Source: Octopus sinensis (Eukaryota). From it: a stretch of DNA of 30,776 nt. The notes below the pieces were generated by a model that made no database searches, had not been told where the DNA came from, and saw only the letters and a program-made list of their open reading frames with translations. A program made the translations under genes and the position numbers. The stretch covers positions 1 through 30,776 of the forward strand of contig NW_021832476.1 of NCBI RefSeq assembly GCF_006345805.1, written 5' to 3'. Of the stretch, positions 1 to 11,899 are shown piece by piece. Position 1 is the stretch's first letter; each line of letters starts with the position of its first letter.

Positions 1-237
1 AACAATCCATACGTAATACTAGAGGAACTCATGTATAGTGTGTTATAAGTATTATTACAAGCCGAAACAAATAGTGTGTGTATATATCTTTATATATATG
101 TATATATCTATTATATGTGTATATGTATATAAATATATCTATATATATATATATTACATATATATATATATATATATATGTATATATCTATTATATGTGT
201 ATATGTATATATTATATATATATGTATATAGTATATA

Positions 238-351
238 TGGCACCTTGTGCAAGTGTCTTCTACCATTATCCTGGGTCGATAAAAGCCTTGTGAGTGGATA
301 TGGTAGACGGAAAATGAAGAAGCCCGTGTATATATATTATATATATATTAT

Positions 352-382
<31 letters not shown>

Positions 383-639
383 GTATGTATGGTGTGTGTA
401 TGTAGTATGTATGTGTGTGTCTGGGTGTATGTTTGTGTGTCTGCTTGTCCCCCCAACATCGCTTGACAACCGATGCTGGTGTGTTTACGTCCCCGTAACT
501 TAGCTGTTCGGCAAAAGAAACCGATAGAATAAGTACTAGGCTTACAAATAATAAGTCGTGGGGTCGATTTGCTCGATTAAAAGGCGGTGCTCCAGCATGG
601 CCACTGTCAAATGACTGAAACAAGTAAAAGATAAAAGAG
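238..639 (+). mobile_element. SINE family A (tRNA-like head, internal microsatellite), 5'-truncated copy
   Basis: Matches the copies at 1471 and 8636: ggcacctt...aaagccttgtgagtgga, then a (TA)/(TG) tract, then acatcgcttgacaaccgatgctgg...gactgaaacaagtaaaag, ending in (TA)n. Confidence 0.9.
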
Positions 640-917
640 TATGTATATATATATATATATATATATATAAATATATGTTTATCTGTGTTTCTTGGTGAGT
701 AGTAAAATTATTTGTGGGACCTTCATACATATATATATCAATACATCATATATTATTCAATACATACATATTGTATGCACGGAATATTATATACCAAGTT
801 TTTATATATGCAAACCTCAACATCTGCAAACACACAATAACATATCTAATGTATCCACACCAATATATATATGTTTGTATATATACATGTATGTATATAT
901 ATATCTATATATATATA

Positions 918-951
<34 letters not shown>

Positions 952-1078
952 TATATAATACATATGTATATATAATTTTATATGGACACCAATATGTATA
1001 TAGTTTTATATATACATCTACTTTATAACAAATACCTTCAGTACGCTGGTGTTATACAGTCATCACCGCACTCCTATA

Positions 1079-1127
<49 letters not shown>

Positions 1128-1304
1128 AATATCTACACTTCTGTGCATATATGTTTTCATATATTCATGTATAGAAGTGATATTAACATACTTAGAAATA
1201 GAATACCTTTATAATAATCTACAATATTGTAAACTATCCCAATCAATCTCCTCATGTAGCTATTTAGCGTGAGGTCTTGGTATTTTCATATATATGTATT
1301 TATA

Positions 1305-1343
<39 letters not shown>

Positions 1344-1470
1344 TATACATATATATATATATTATATATATATATAGATATTATATATATAATATATATT
1401 ATTATATATATATATATCATATATATATCATACATATTATAATACATATACATATATATATTATATATAT

Positions 1471-1864
1471 ACAGGAGTGGCTGTGTGGTAAGTAGCTTGC
1501 TAACCAACCACATGGTTCCAGGTTCAGTCCACTGCGTGGCATCTTGGGCAAGTGTCTTCTGCTATAGCCCCCGGGCCGACCAATGCCTTGTGAGTGGATT
1601 TGGTAGACGGAACTGAAAGAGCCTGTCGTATATATGTAATATATATATATGTGTATGTGTGTGTGTTTGTTCCCCTAGCATGCTTGACAACCAATGCTGG
1701 TGTATTTACGTCCCCGTCACTTAGCGGTTCGGCAAAAGAGACCGATAGAATAAGTACTGGGCTTACAAAGAATAAGTCCCGGTGTCGATTTGCTCGACTA
1801 AAGGCGGTGCTCCAGCATGGCCGCAGTCAAATGACTGAAACAAGTAAAAGAGAGAAAAAGAGAG
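1471..1864 (+). mobile_element. SINE family A, full-length copy
   Basis: Head acaggagtggctgtgtggtaag with A-box-like TGGCTGTGTGG and B-box-like GGTTCAGTCC; internal (TA)/(TG) tract; 3' end gactgaaacaagtaaaagag; flanked by (TA)n; several near-identical copies in the window. Confidence 0.92.
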
Positions 1865-2438
1865 TATATATACATATATATATATATATACATATATACT
1901 GTGTACATTTAAACTCATATGAGATGGCTATAAGAAGACATATATATATATATATTTACTTATATCCTTATATATATGTATTTACATACATATGTGTTTG
2001 TAAGTATGTATACATGTGTACATACATACACGCATATATGAATATATGCCTATTTACATATACCTATGATTGTATGTGTGTATGTATACTTATGTATACA
2101 TATTTATATATGTATATATATATAGGTATATATTGTATATACATTTGCAAGCAACATACATACATACACACATATATACATACATATAAATATATAACTA
2201 GATACTTATAAACTATATAAATATATATTTATATTTATCTCTAACTCTCTATGTATCAATATAATACATATATATGTATGTGTGTGTGTGTTTGTATATT
2301 TGTATGTTTGTATGTATGTATGTCTGTATATTTACTACATCAGTTAATTACGCATTCTATTATGAAACATTATAATATGAAAGTATTCTGCAATAATGAC
2401 CAATCTCCACACACGCTTGTTCCCTCTCTCTTGCCTAG

Positions 2439-2526
2439 ATATTGCAGATTGCTATACACACTTCTCAGAATTTTACTTCAAGTTCAAACACCTTCTTACG
2501 TCAATTGCATACATTAAGCATATATG
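2439..2526 (+). CDS. Candidate internal exon, unidentified protein (xIADCYTHFSEFYFKFKHLLTSIAYIKHIW)
   Basis: Pyrimidine tract cttgttccctctctcttgcctag, 88 nt open in unique sequence, donor TG|GTAGGT. No recognised homology. Confidence 0.25.
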
Positions 2527-3190
2527 GTAGGTAAAGTGAAAACTTGAAACTACGCATTATATATTTGTTTTAGAAACAACGAAAAAGCCCGGATGATATG
2601 GCTGAAATACACACACACACACACACGTGTGCATAGACACATATGTACACACATACAAACTCCCTCGCATGCATACCCACAGAAACACGGGTACACACGA
2701 TCACACACATGTATTTATATGTTTACATATATATACATGTATATAAATACTTATATATATATATATATATATATATATAAGTTTTTAGAAAAATGTGTGC
2801 ATGGTTGCATATCATATACAAGTATATACATCTGTAGGTATGGATATGTGTGTATGTGCGTGCGTGCGTGTGTATGTGTGTGTGTATATATAGGTCTGTG
2901 TTTCTTGAAATACCTGAGTATGTTGGATATGTGAGCATATGTGTTGAAGTACTTCGAAAGTCTGATTAAAACTTAAGGTACTTCCCTTAAAAACTTATAA
3001 AAAAGAAACGGAGCCCACTACCTCTATGCAAGCACGATATATATATATTTACATACATATATATACACGCACATATATATGTACACACATATGTGTATAT
3101 ATACATGCATATACAAAAATGTATGTTTGGTTATGTATACATACATATATAAGTATATATATACATATACGTACACACACACATATATAT

Positions 3191-3221
<31 letters not shown>

Positions 3222-3386
3222 AATATATATATATGTATGTGTATACATATATATATAATACATGTATATATTAGTGAGTTTTATCATGTCTATGATTTCA
3301 TAAGTCTTTTTCATTCGTTATACTAACTATAGGTTAGTATATATGTGTGCTTATATATACATATACATACATACATACATACATAC

Positions 3387-3436
<50 letters not shown>

Positions 3437-3615
3437 CGTATGTATGTATGTATGTATGTATATACATAGCTACACACACACACACATACATACACACATA
3501 TAATCACATTTCCTCATCTTGCTCAAGCAAAGAATGTATATATTCTACGCATTTGTAGGATACATCCAGCAGCTCGAAGTTTCAGGAATTGTGATTACAG
3601 CTATGGTTAACTAAC

Positions 3616-3709
3616 CGCATACACGTGAAAGTTCTTTTACGTCTGCCAGATCAACAGATGTGTATAGAAAATCTCTCAGTTTTGTAACTTTATTTAATAG
3701 AACATCTGT
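3616..3709 (-). CDS. Candidate internal exon, unidentified protein (TDVLLNKVTKLRDFLYTSVDLADVKELSR[VC])
   Basis: Minus-strand acceptor aaatccctttgcag, open phase-0 frame, donor either GTATGC (exon end 3623) or GTTAGT (exon end 3616). No recognised homology. Confidence 0.25.
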
Positions 3710-3964
3710 CTGCAAAGGGATTTAATTTACAACCCCAGAAAATATCTCTTTGCGAAATTTTGTATCGTTATTAGTAATTTTATGGCATTTGCGTATATAC
3801 GAAGATATGAATATATGTGGTTAAGCGTGAGTGTGTGAGTGTGTGTATATCAATATCTCTCTCCATCTATCTATCTATCTATTTTTTTCTCCCCCAAAAG
3901 AAAAGCTCTACCTTGTAACTTGTCCCATCTGTGTGCAGCCCTGTGTGGCCAATAAAGAAACTTA

Positions 3965-3976
3965 TCTATCTATCTC

Positions 3977-4008
<32 letters not shown>

Positions 4009-4201
4009 ATCTATATTATCTATCTATCTATCTATCTACTATCTATCTATCTATCTATCTGTCTGTCTGTTTGTTTGTCTGTTGCCTGCCTGTCTGCAAT
4101 GTATGTATATGTATGTATGTTGTATGTATGATGTATGTATGTATGTATGTATGTATGCATGTATGTAGGTATGTATGTATGTATGTATGCAATGCATGTA
4201 T

Positions 4202-4243
<42 letters not shown>

Positions 4244-4327
4244 TGTATGTATGTATATTTGGGTTCATATATCCCTTAAACATATCTATATATATATATT
4301 ATATTATATATATATATATACTATATA

Positions 4328-4398
<71 letters not shown>

Positions 4399-4410
4399 AT
4401 ATTTATATTT
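3965..4410. repeat. Compound microsatellite (TATC)n-(TGTC)n-(TATG)n-(TA)n
   Basis: Directly visible; preceded by a SINE-B-like 3' remnant (about 3915-3960, gccctgtgtggccaataaagaaa). Confidence 0.95.
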
Positions 4411-4414
4411 ATAG

Positions 4415-4447
4415 GGTACACAAATGTATCGAGCTAGCTTGCCAAAG
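4415..4447 (+). CDS. Candidate 33-nt mini-exon (VHKCIELACQ or GTQMYRASLPK)
   Basis: atttatatttatag acceptor and consensus AAG|GTGAGT donor. Confidence 0.25.
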
Positions 4448-4797
4448 GTGAGTTGCTGGTGGACCGGTGTTGAAATCGTGGCCGGCAGTCTAATTGCGAG
4501 GCAATAGATGTGGGGGCCACCAAGGGACATTCATTCTGCGAAGTTCTGGCTAGCGCAGTAAAATGGAAGGCTATAAATTTCCTGTTTGAAACTGCTGGAA
4601 AGCTACTGTGTGGCTTTGGAAAAAAAAGTTTGCAGACACCAGCTGTTTCCTGCTACTTGATTAATCCTGGCTGTAACTATAGGTAACTATAGGTCTGGTG
4701 TTGAAAAACTGGAAACACTCTGAGATTTAAAAAAAATCACTGCTGTTACATCTCAGAGCATGAGTGAAATATATCGTAAAATTTAACAACAAATCTA

Positions 4798-5024
4798 TAC
4801 GAGGGGTGTGCTGAAAGGTTCTTGGCTTTGGGTAAGAGAAAATACAGGAGGATCACTTAATTATGATTTTATTCAACATATTCTCCTCTCAGATTCACAT
4901 ACTTATTGCTGCATTACTTCAGGGTGTTTTTTTTTCAGCCCTGCAAACGAACTCGGAAGTTTGGGCTTCCAACCAGGCCTTTCGTGACACTTTTAAAGCC
5001 AGAAACTTTTCAGGTCCCCTCATA
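4798..5024. mobile_element. Non-autonomous mariner (Tc1/mariner) MITE, about 225 bp
   Basis: Imperfect TIRs tacgaggggtgtgctgaaaggttcttggcttt / aaagccagaaacttttcaggtcccctcata with TA ends; minus strand retains a transposase C-terminus relic (NKYVNLRGEYVE*). Confidence 0.85.
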
Positions 5025-5126
5025 TATATATATATATTTATATACATACATTCATTCATGCATACATACACAAACACATATATATGTATGTGTGTGTATA
5101 CATATATATATATATCTGTGTGTGTT

Positions 5127-5168
<42 letters not shown>

Positions 5169-5300
5169 CATACATCCATACATCCATACATACATATATA
5201 CACAAACACATATATAGTGTTGTCTGTATACATATATATATGTGTATATATAATATATATGTTCAATATATGTATATATACATACACACACATATTGTAT

Positions 5301-5343
<43 letters not shown>

Positions 5344-5640
5344 TATATATATATATAATATATATATTATATATATGCATATTATATATATATATATGTA
5401 CATATGTGTAAAATATATAATATATATATGTGTGTATGTATGTATATATACATATATATGAATATATATAACACGCTAATAAGCATATATTGTTATATTG
5501 ATATTAATTTTGAGTTTTGTCGAATTATAAAAACAATTTTACACTAAAGTTACTGTCACATTTCTTGTAAAATATATTATATGTATGCGTGTGTATTTTT
5601 GTATGTGTGTATGTGTGTATACTTTTATTAATATATGCAG

Positions 5641-5695
5641 ATATGAATATGATCCTATGCCAGTATTTGATGAGAGTAGAGAAATATGGCCTAAG
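5641..5695 (+). CDS. Candidate 55-nt exon (RYEYDPMPVFDESREIWPK)
   Basis: acttttattaatatatgcag acceptor, AAG|GTTTGG donor, phase-compatible with 4415-4447. Confidence 0.25.
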
Positions 5696-6419
5696 GTTTG
5701 GCTCACGGTCATAATATCTTTGTTCCAATTTCTGGAACGGGTGCTGGGTTTATCCTTGAGCAAGCCACTCCATTTCCCATTTCCCAAAACTAAGTGATAG
5801 CCGATTGTTGGCGCAGTTTTCTTTCCCTTCGGCTGTCGTATCCTGGATGTGCCTCTAGGTCAAAATGGGGGAGAGTCGAAGGTACATTTATGGCTGCCCT
5901 CGATTAAATAACCACCTAAAACAATTAGCGAATCTATATTACATGGTACCATACCATACTCGTTCACAGGTAACAGTTAGCTCATTAACCTGTAACAGGT
6001 ATGTTATAATCTAATTGTTTATCCTCTTGTAATTCCATCTTACTCCCCCAATTGTATATTTTTTCTGTCATAATTTATCTAAGGGGATACTTGTACCTTT
6101 ATTTTCCCATTCCTATGGAAAGATTTGGCTGCTATTTCATCATTGTATCGGTGCACATGTACTGCGTATCTAAGTCCCTCTCTCTGTATCTAAATAATAT
6201 TAGATGGATAATTACTAAAACCCAAGTATGAAAAACTCAATAAAAGTATTTGAAAATATTGTTATGTTTATTTGTTAATAGACTAGGAGGAGATATATTA
6301 CACTTGCATTTATACAAGATATCACCAGGTATCAATATGTAATATCTACATATACTTAATATGCCACACATACGCATACACCACGGATACGCAAACAAAT
6401 CAGACAAATGTATGTAGCT

Positions 6420-6427
6420 ATATATAT

Positions 6428-6459
<32 letters not shown>

Positions 6460-6479
6460 ATAATATAATATATATATAT

Positions 6480-6511
<32 letters not shown>

Positions 6512-6536
6512 ATATTATAATATAATATATATATAT

Positions 6537-6607
<71 letters not shown>

Positions 6608-6667
6608 TATGTATATATATTACGTATATATATATACATATATATATGTATATATATACATATATAT
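6420..6667. repeat. Long imperfect (TA)n microsatellite
   Basis: Directly visible; representative of many (TA)n/(TG)n tracts across the window (e.g. 40-235, 860-980, 1290-1470, 5020-5470, 7690-7930, 24105-24230, 25345-25405). Confidence 0.97.
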
Positions 6668-6745
6668 CAGTTGGTGATATTAAGTTAAACATGGCCTGGA
6701 CCAATCTTTGGTCGAAACATACCTAAGTTTTAAGTTTTATACATG

Positions 6746-6789
<44 letters not shown>

Positions 6790-6900
6790 ATACAACTTTA
6801 CATACGCATACGCATATATATGTATTTGTACACACCCATATACTTCATATATAAGTATGTATATATATATGTGTGTGTACATATATATATATATATATAT

Positions 6901-7022
6901 ATGGCCTGCTCGCTTAGCCAGCGGGGTGGCGTCATTTGAAGGCTAAAACAATGCGAAGCGCATTGTGACCAGCGATGTGTAGCAACATCTGATTGCCTGG
7001 TCGGTCATGGTGATCATGGTGA
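6901..7022 (+). mobile_element. Structured GC-rich unit embedded in (TA)n, probably the 3' tail of a 5'-truncated SINE/LINE
   Basis: About 120 bp between two (TA)n tracts; three consecutive hairpins; 3' end ggtgatcatggtga followed by (TA)n. Retroposon identity is inferred. Confidence 0.5.
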
Positions 7023-7084
7023 TATATATATATATAATATACACACACATATAGATACACATGTCTGCAATAAACTCATAGCAG

Positions 7085-7205
7085 AGGCGGAAGAAACTCA
7101 GGACGAAAGGCCTTGCGGTATTTATTTCAGCTCCTTGACATGAGTTCAAATTCCCTTGAGGGCAACTTAGCATTTCATCCTTTCATAGTTATAAAACATA
7201 CCAGT
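7085..7205 (+). mobile_element. SINE family B, old diverged fragment
   Basis: gcggtattt...gagttcaaattccc...catttcatccttt resembles the 16119 copy. Confidence 0.6.
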
Positions 7206-7486
7206 CTAGGAAGCTTGAGTGTTATTGTTTTGGGTCTGTGTATTCTGAGCTTAATTCCTGTTTTGGCCATCTTTGGAAAAAAACCCAACCGCTCACCCGG
7301 TTTAACACCACAATCTGGCACAGGTACCCGTATTGCAATTGTAATAGGACCAGGTTATGGGCTGGAGAGTATCTTACTTTCTTACATCTATGTTAGCAAA
7401 CCCGAAAAGGAGACATAGGTACTTTTGACAATACTAGGTTGTAATGTATGCTGGTATGCCAAAATACACACACACTCGCACATACG

Positions 7487-7521
<35 letters not shown>

Positions 7522-7682
7522 TCAACACGTATATATAGATAATATATATATATATATATATATAATATATATATAATATATATTAACAAACAAATGGCCA
7601 TTGAAAAAGTGATAATCCTGTTGGTGACCCAGCATGGCCATAGACTTTGGGTTCGAATGCATAAAAATAAAAGGATAAAAAA

Positions 7683-7729
<47 letters not shown>

Positions 7730-8635
7730 TATATAATGTGTATTGTGTGTGTATGTATATATATATATGTGTATATATGTATATGTATGTATATATACAT
7801 GTATATATATGTGTATATATAAATACATATATGTATATATATGCATATATGTGTGTGTGCTTGTGTGTATATATGTTAGTAGATATGTAAGCTTGCGTGT
7901 GTCAATATGTGTATATATGTGCATGGATATATGCAAAAATATTTATTATACCTGTGTGCATATATTACATATATGTATGTTTTTATGTGATGGGTGATCC
8001 CTTCCATATCACGGTAATTTGTAACATTAATGTGGGTAGAAATAGAACAGTTTCAATTAGAGATGCTGCATCGTTACACCGAGGGAAGCCCTCACAAAGA
8101 CGAATAAAATTCATCTAAGAGGCTTCTACATAGTTTCCATCTACCCATGTTTACCAGAAGAGATGGTAAAGTCATTTGCCTGAGTTACCACACATTATAA
8201 ATTGCTAAGTAAATCTCTTAAAAACTCAGCCTAGACAGCGTCATATATATATATAGAATATCTATATATATATATATACTATACATACACACAATAACAC
8301 CACGGTTAGAGGTTCACTACAGCTGTTCAGACTAACACATCAGTAGTGCACTGGTGTACTATCCCCAACTCTATATTGGTGCCATTACTATTAAATACCT
8401 TAATTCTGCCGGATCCTGAAAATTTATATATATATAGGTATGTATGTGGTATGTGCGCGCGTATGTGTGTGTTTATGCGCATATATATTATATTATATAT
8501 ATGCATTGTATGATACATATAATATAAATATATATATATATATATATAGATATATATATGTATGTATGTTAGTATATAATATATATATATATATATAAAT
8601 ATATATATAATATATATGTATATATAACTGTCTAG

Positions 8636-9066
8636 GCGCAGGAGTGGCTGTGTGGTAAGTAGCGTTGCTAACCAACCACATGGTTCAGGGTTCAGTCCCA
8701 CTGCGTGCCATCTTCTGCTATAGCCCCGGGCGACCAATGCCTGTGAGTGGATTTGGTAGACGGAAACTGATGAAACCTGTCGTATATATGTTGTATATAA
8801 TATATATATATATATATATAATATATATATATATATGGTGTGTGTGGTGTGTTGTGTGGGTGTTTGTCCCCTAGCATTGCTTGACAACCGATGCTGGTGT
8901 GTTTACGTCCCCATCACCTAGCGGTTCGGCAAAAGAGACCGATAGAATAAGACCTATAGAATAAGTACTGGGCTTACAAAGAATAAGTCCTGGGATCGAT
9001 TTGCTCGACTAAAGGCGGTGCTCCAGCATGGCCGCAGTCAAATGACTGAAACAATAAAAGAGTAAA

Positions 9067-9068
<2 letters not shown>
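8636..9068 (+). mobile_element. SINE family A, full-length copy
   Basis: Same head, body and tail as 1471; short internal duplication gaccgatagaataa/gacctatagaataa and a small deletion near 8710. Confidence 0.92.
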
Positions 9069-9111
<43 letters not shown>

Positions 9112-9938
9112 ATATATATATCTTGGTTATATAATATAATATTATGATATTGTATATATATATATGTATATATGTGTGGCGTGCGTGTCTGGCGGAAATG
9201 TTAGGTCAGTGCCTATGACATTCCTTTAGAACCTCTGAGATTGGTCGAAAGAGGGAGGTATTCAAGGGCCTGTCTTAAAAGTTTGCATTAGTGTGTATCC
9301 GCTAAGGGCTCCCAAAGGACAGGCGGTGGTTTTAAACCAGAAGCTGTGTATTGTCTCATCCAAGAGCACGAATATTCCCTTCATCACTCCAGAACTTTTG
9401 CTCCTCGCGGATATTTGAACGACTCTGAAGTGCGTAGTGGTTTTGAAACCGAAATACGTAGTTGCCAAGCAAGCTTGTAAACCGCATGGACAGACTTGTA
9501 AACCCGCAAGTGTGCCAGACTAATAAAGTAGATTTTATTGTTGTTCTGTTTGAACATTTCAGTAGTTGATTGTCTGTCAGATAAAAAATGAGGGTTCATA
9601 GGCATTCCTGAAAGTTGAATTTCTGGGAGGACAGAATTGCTTACTTGCGAATAGCTAAAGCACCTTCTCTAATAAAGTCTAATATTTCGGGAAGAAATTA
9701 GTTACCATTATGAAAAACCATATCTAATATAAGCCAATGAAAGGATCTCTACATGATTATCAAACCAAATTTCACTCCGCTATCTTGGAAATTCAATGTC
9801 ATATTAATAAGTATAGGTGCAGCGGTATAGAAGCTGGATGGCCCTGGGGGAAATATCTTTGATTTTTAATCTGCTTCATCTCCCAGGCTTTATCTGGAGC
9901 TAAGCAACACCAAAGATAACTGCAGCAGCAACAACAAA

Positions 9939-10335
9939 GTGGAGGCGCAATGGCCCAGTGGTTAGGGCAGCGGATTCGCCTTCGGAGGATCGCGGTTTCG
10001 ATTCCCAGACCGGGTGTTGTGTGTGTTTATTGAGCAAAAGCACCTAAAGCTCCACGAGGCCCCGGCAGGGGGGGGCGACTCCTGTTTCACCCCAACTTTC
10101 TCTCACTCTTTCTTCCTGTTTCTTGTCTCCGACTTCCTACGCAACCGCCGAGCCTGGATGCGCATTCATCCATCCGTCAATGCTCTCGGTGTCGGGGGCT
10201 GACATGCTTTCTCTTCTGCGGGTCTTACGAATAGCAAAGGACCACGTTTCGGACTTCTCCCATCTTGCGAGCTCTGGGACGAAGACCGTTCGCTCAACAG
10301 CAACAGCAGCAGCAGTAGCAACAACAATAACAACA
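9939..10335 (+). mobile_element. tRNA-derived SINE family C1 (tail X, CAA/CAG-rich end)
   Basis: Head gtggaggcgcaatggcccagtggttagggcagcgg with A box TGGCCCAGTGG and B box GTTTCGATTCCC; body shared with 13312-13594; ends in (CAG/CAA)n. Confidence 0.85.
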
Positions 10336-10399
10336 AGGAGACGACGTCAAACGTCTGAGGAATTTTTTGTTAAAACATCTGAGTAAACAGAGAAGACAA

Positions 10400-10620
10400 T
10401 GAACTATTTTTTCTGAAGATGGTTAGCTACAATGAAACCGAGGAATGTCTAGGTGTGAGCTTGTACATTCTGGCCATACTTAGAACCAATATCAACACCT
10501 TAGATGTAGAGCACAACTTCGATATCAACTGGGCAATCTGCAATCGTATGAATAACCACGATCACGCAAAATTTAGATAGAAGCTAATTGAAATTTTAAG
10601 AAATGTAATTTAGAATATGG
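10400..10620 (+). pseudogene. Possible decayed Penelope-like GIY-YIG endonuclease fragment
   Basis: Frame reads SYNETEECLGVSL...EHNFDINWAICNRMNNHDHAKFR*KLIEI, loosely like the PLE motifs YIGET.R.LG.RL.EH and H..DW...I..R...K.KEAIEI; weak. Confidence 0.3.
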
Positions 10621-10804
10621 ACAGAATTAAATTAAAGCACTATTAGTTATCTTTCAAACATATAGTTTGACGTGTAACGACAAACTGTTAGGTCAGGGAT
10701 CAAGTAAATTCAATAGAATTCAGTATATTTCTGATAATTTTTTATCAGGATGGAAGGCCAAGCCAGACATTGAAATTTCAATTTAGACGTAATGAATAAT
10801 TGAC

Positions 10805-11129
10805 ACTGGTACTCCGTCGGTAACCGCGATGAGTGTTCCAGTTGATCAGACCAACGAAACAACCTGCTTGTGAAATTAACGTGCAAGTGGCCGAGCATTC
10901 CACAGACACGTGCACCCTCAACGTAGTTCGCAGGGAGATTCAGCATGACACAGAATGTGACAAGGCTGGCTCCTTGAAATATAGGTTCTACTCATTTTGC
11001 CAGCTGAGGGAACTGGAACAACGTGAGATAAAGTCTCTTGCTCAAGGACACAACGCACCGCTGGAAATCGAACTCACGAGCTTGCGATCGTGAGCTGTAT
11101 ATCCTAACTACTAAGTCACGCGCCTTCAC
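10805..11129 (-). mobile_element. tRNA-derived SINE family C3 (tail Z)
   Basis: Minus strand: gtgaaggcgcgtgacttagtagttagg...gagttcgatttcc...tccttgagcaagagacttt body, then a distinct 3' tail ending accgacggagtacca. Confidence 0.85.
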
Positions 11130-11899
11130 TGAATAAATGAATAAATAACACAAGACATGGTATTAATTAAATCTGGAATTCTTCCATTTCTTCTCACTAC
11201 AATTATTTTGTTTATTGACTTGCTATATATAACAATCACTTCTTCAAATAATACCCTACAGATGGAAAAAGGAGAATACTCGGACTCTTTAAAAAAAAAC
11301 GAATAGCCATGGCTGAATTAACTTTGACTATAGGTCAGCTCAGTTACAGTTGATCTGGGCCTAATAACAAAAGTATCAACAATAATAGTAGCAGGATTGT
11401 CAATGGGTTGGAACCAATAATGGAATTACAAGAAGGTACTCAATCTTAAATAGTGTCCAAACTATCTCTAATCGCATTCTATTGCCTAAAACCTAAAAAA
11501 AGAGGGTGGGGGAAGATACATTTGAAAACGCATTCCTAAATTGACTATAGCTGAATAAAACACCGAATAATCACGATTGGATCACTTTTGAACATATGTA
11601 TGTTCAAATATGCATGATCTGGGCTTAAATAACTAGTATATATTGATACTATTCTGTGGAAATATAACTTTCAACAGCTCAGAATTATGTCTGATAAAAA
11701 AAACTATTTCTCTATAAACTACAAATGGCCAAGACCGTCAACAAAAACAGCAAGAAATGAATTGTAGTCAAAGAGCCACGTTTGCTAATCTGATAGGTAA
11801 AACTTGAGAGATTAACTGTACACTTGAAGATAAATAAAGCTCACATCTAGATGCTGCCACGGCAACACCAGAACTTGTCAAGTACCCTACAGACATTAG

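Noticed and set aside
6695-6725. CTG-GACCAA-tct-TTGGTC-GAAAC hammerhead look-alike
   Set aside because: Good stem II, but four core bases (ANGA) are missing and there is no stem I; at most a dead relic.
6901-6945. Minus-strand GCC-ACCCCGCT-GGC resembling HDV ribozyme P3/L3
   Set aside because: No convincing P1, and no P2 3' strand or P4 downstream.
38-8887. Dozens of long ORFs rich in YI/CV/HT repeats (also later in the window)
   Set aside because: They are translations of (TA)n, (TG)n and (TATG)n microsatellites, which lack stops; there is no protein signal.
9180-9900. Unique moderately GC-rich 700-bp segment with ORFs 9262-9468 and 9384-9605
   Set aside because: All frames I translated gave no recognisable motif or convincing exon; left unannotated.
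9939-10015. tRNA genes (also 11050-11129, 13520-13594, 29771-29845)
   Set aside because: A and B boxes are present, but no proper acceptor stem and each continues into a SINE body.
10413-10440. CTGAAGA...GAAAC spacing
   Set aside because: The intervening bases do not form stem II.
11262-11333. 72-nt AG/GT-bounded open segment (GKRRILGLFKKKRIAMAELTLTIG)
   Set aside because: Its 3' half is a fragment of the dispersed repeat also seen at 30161 and 30705.
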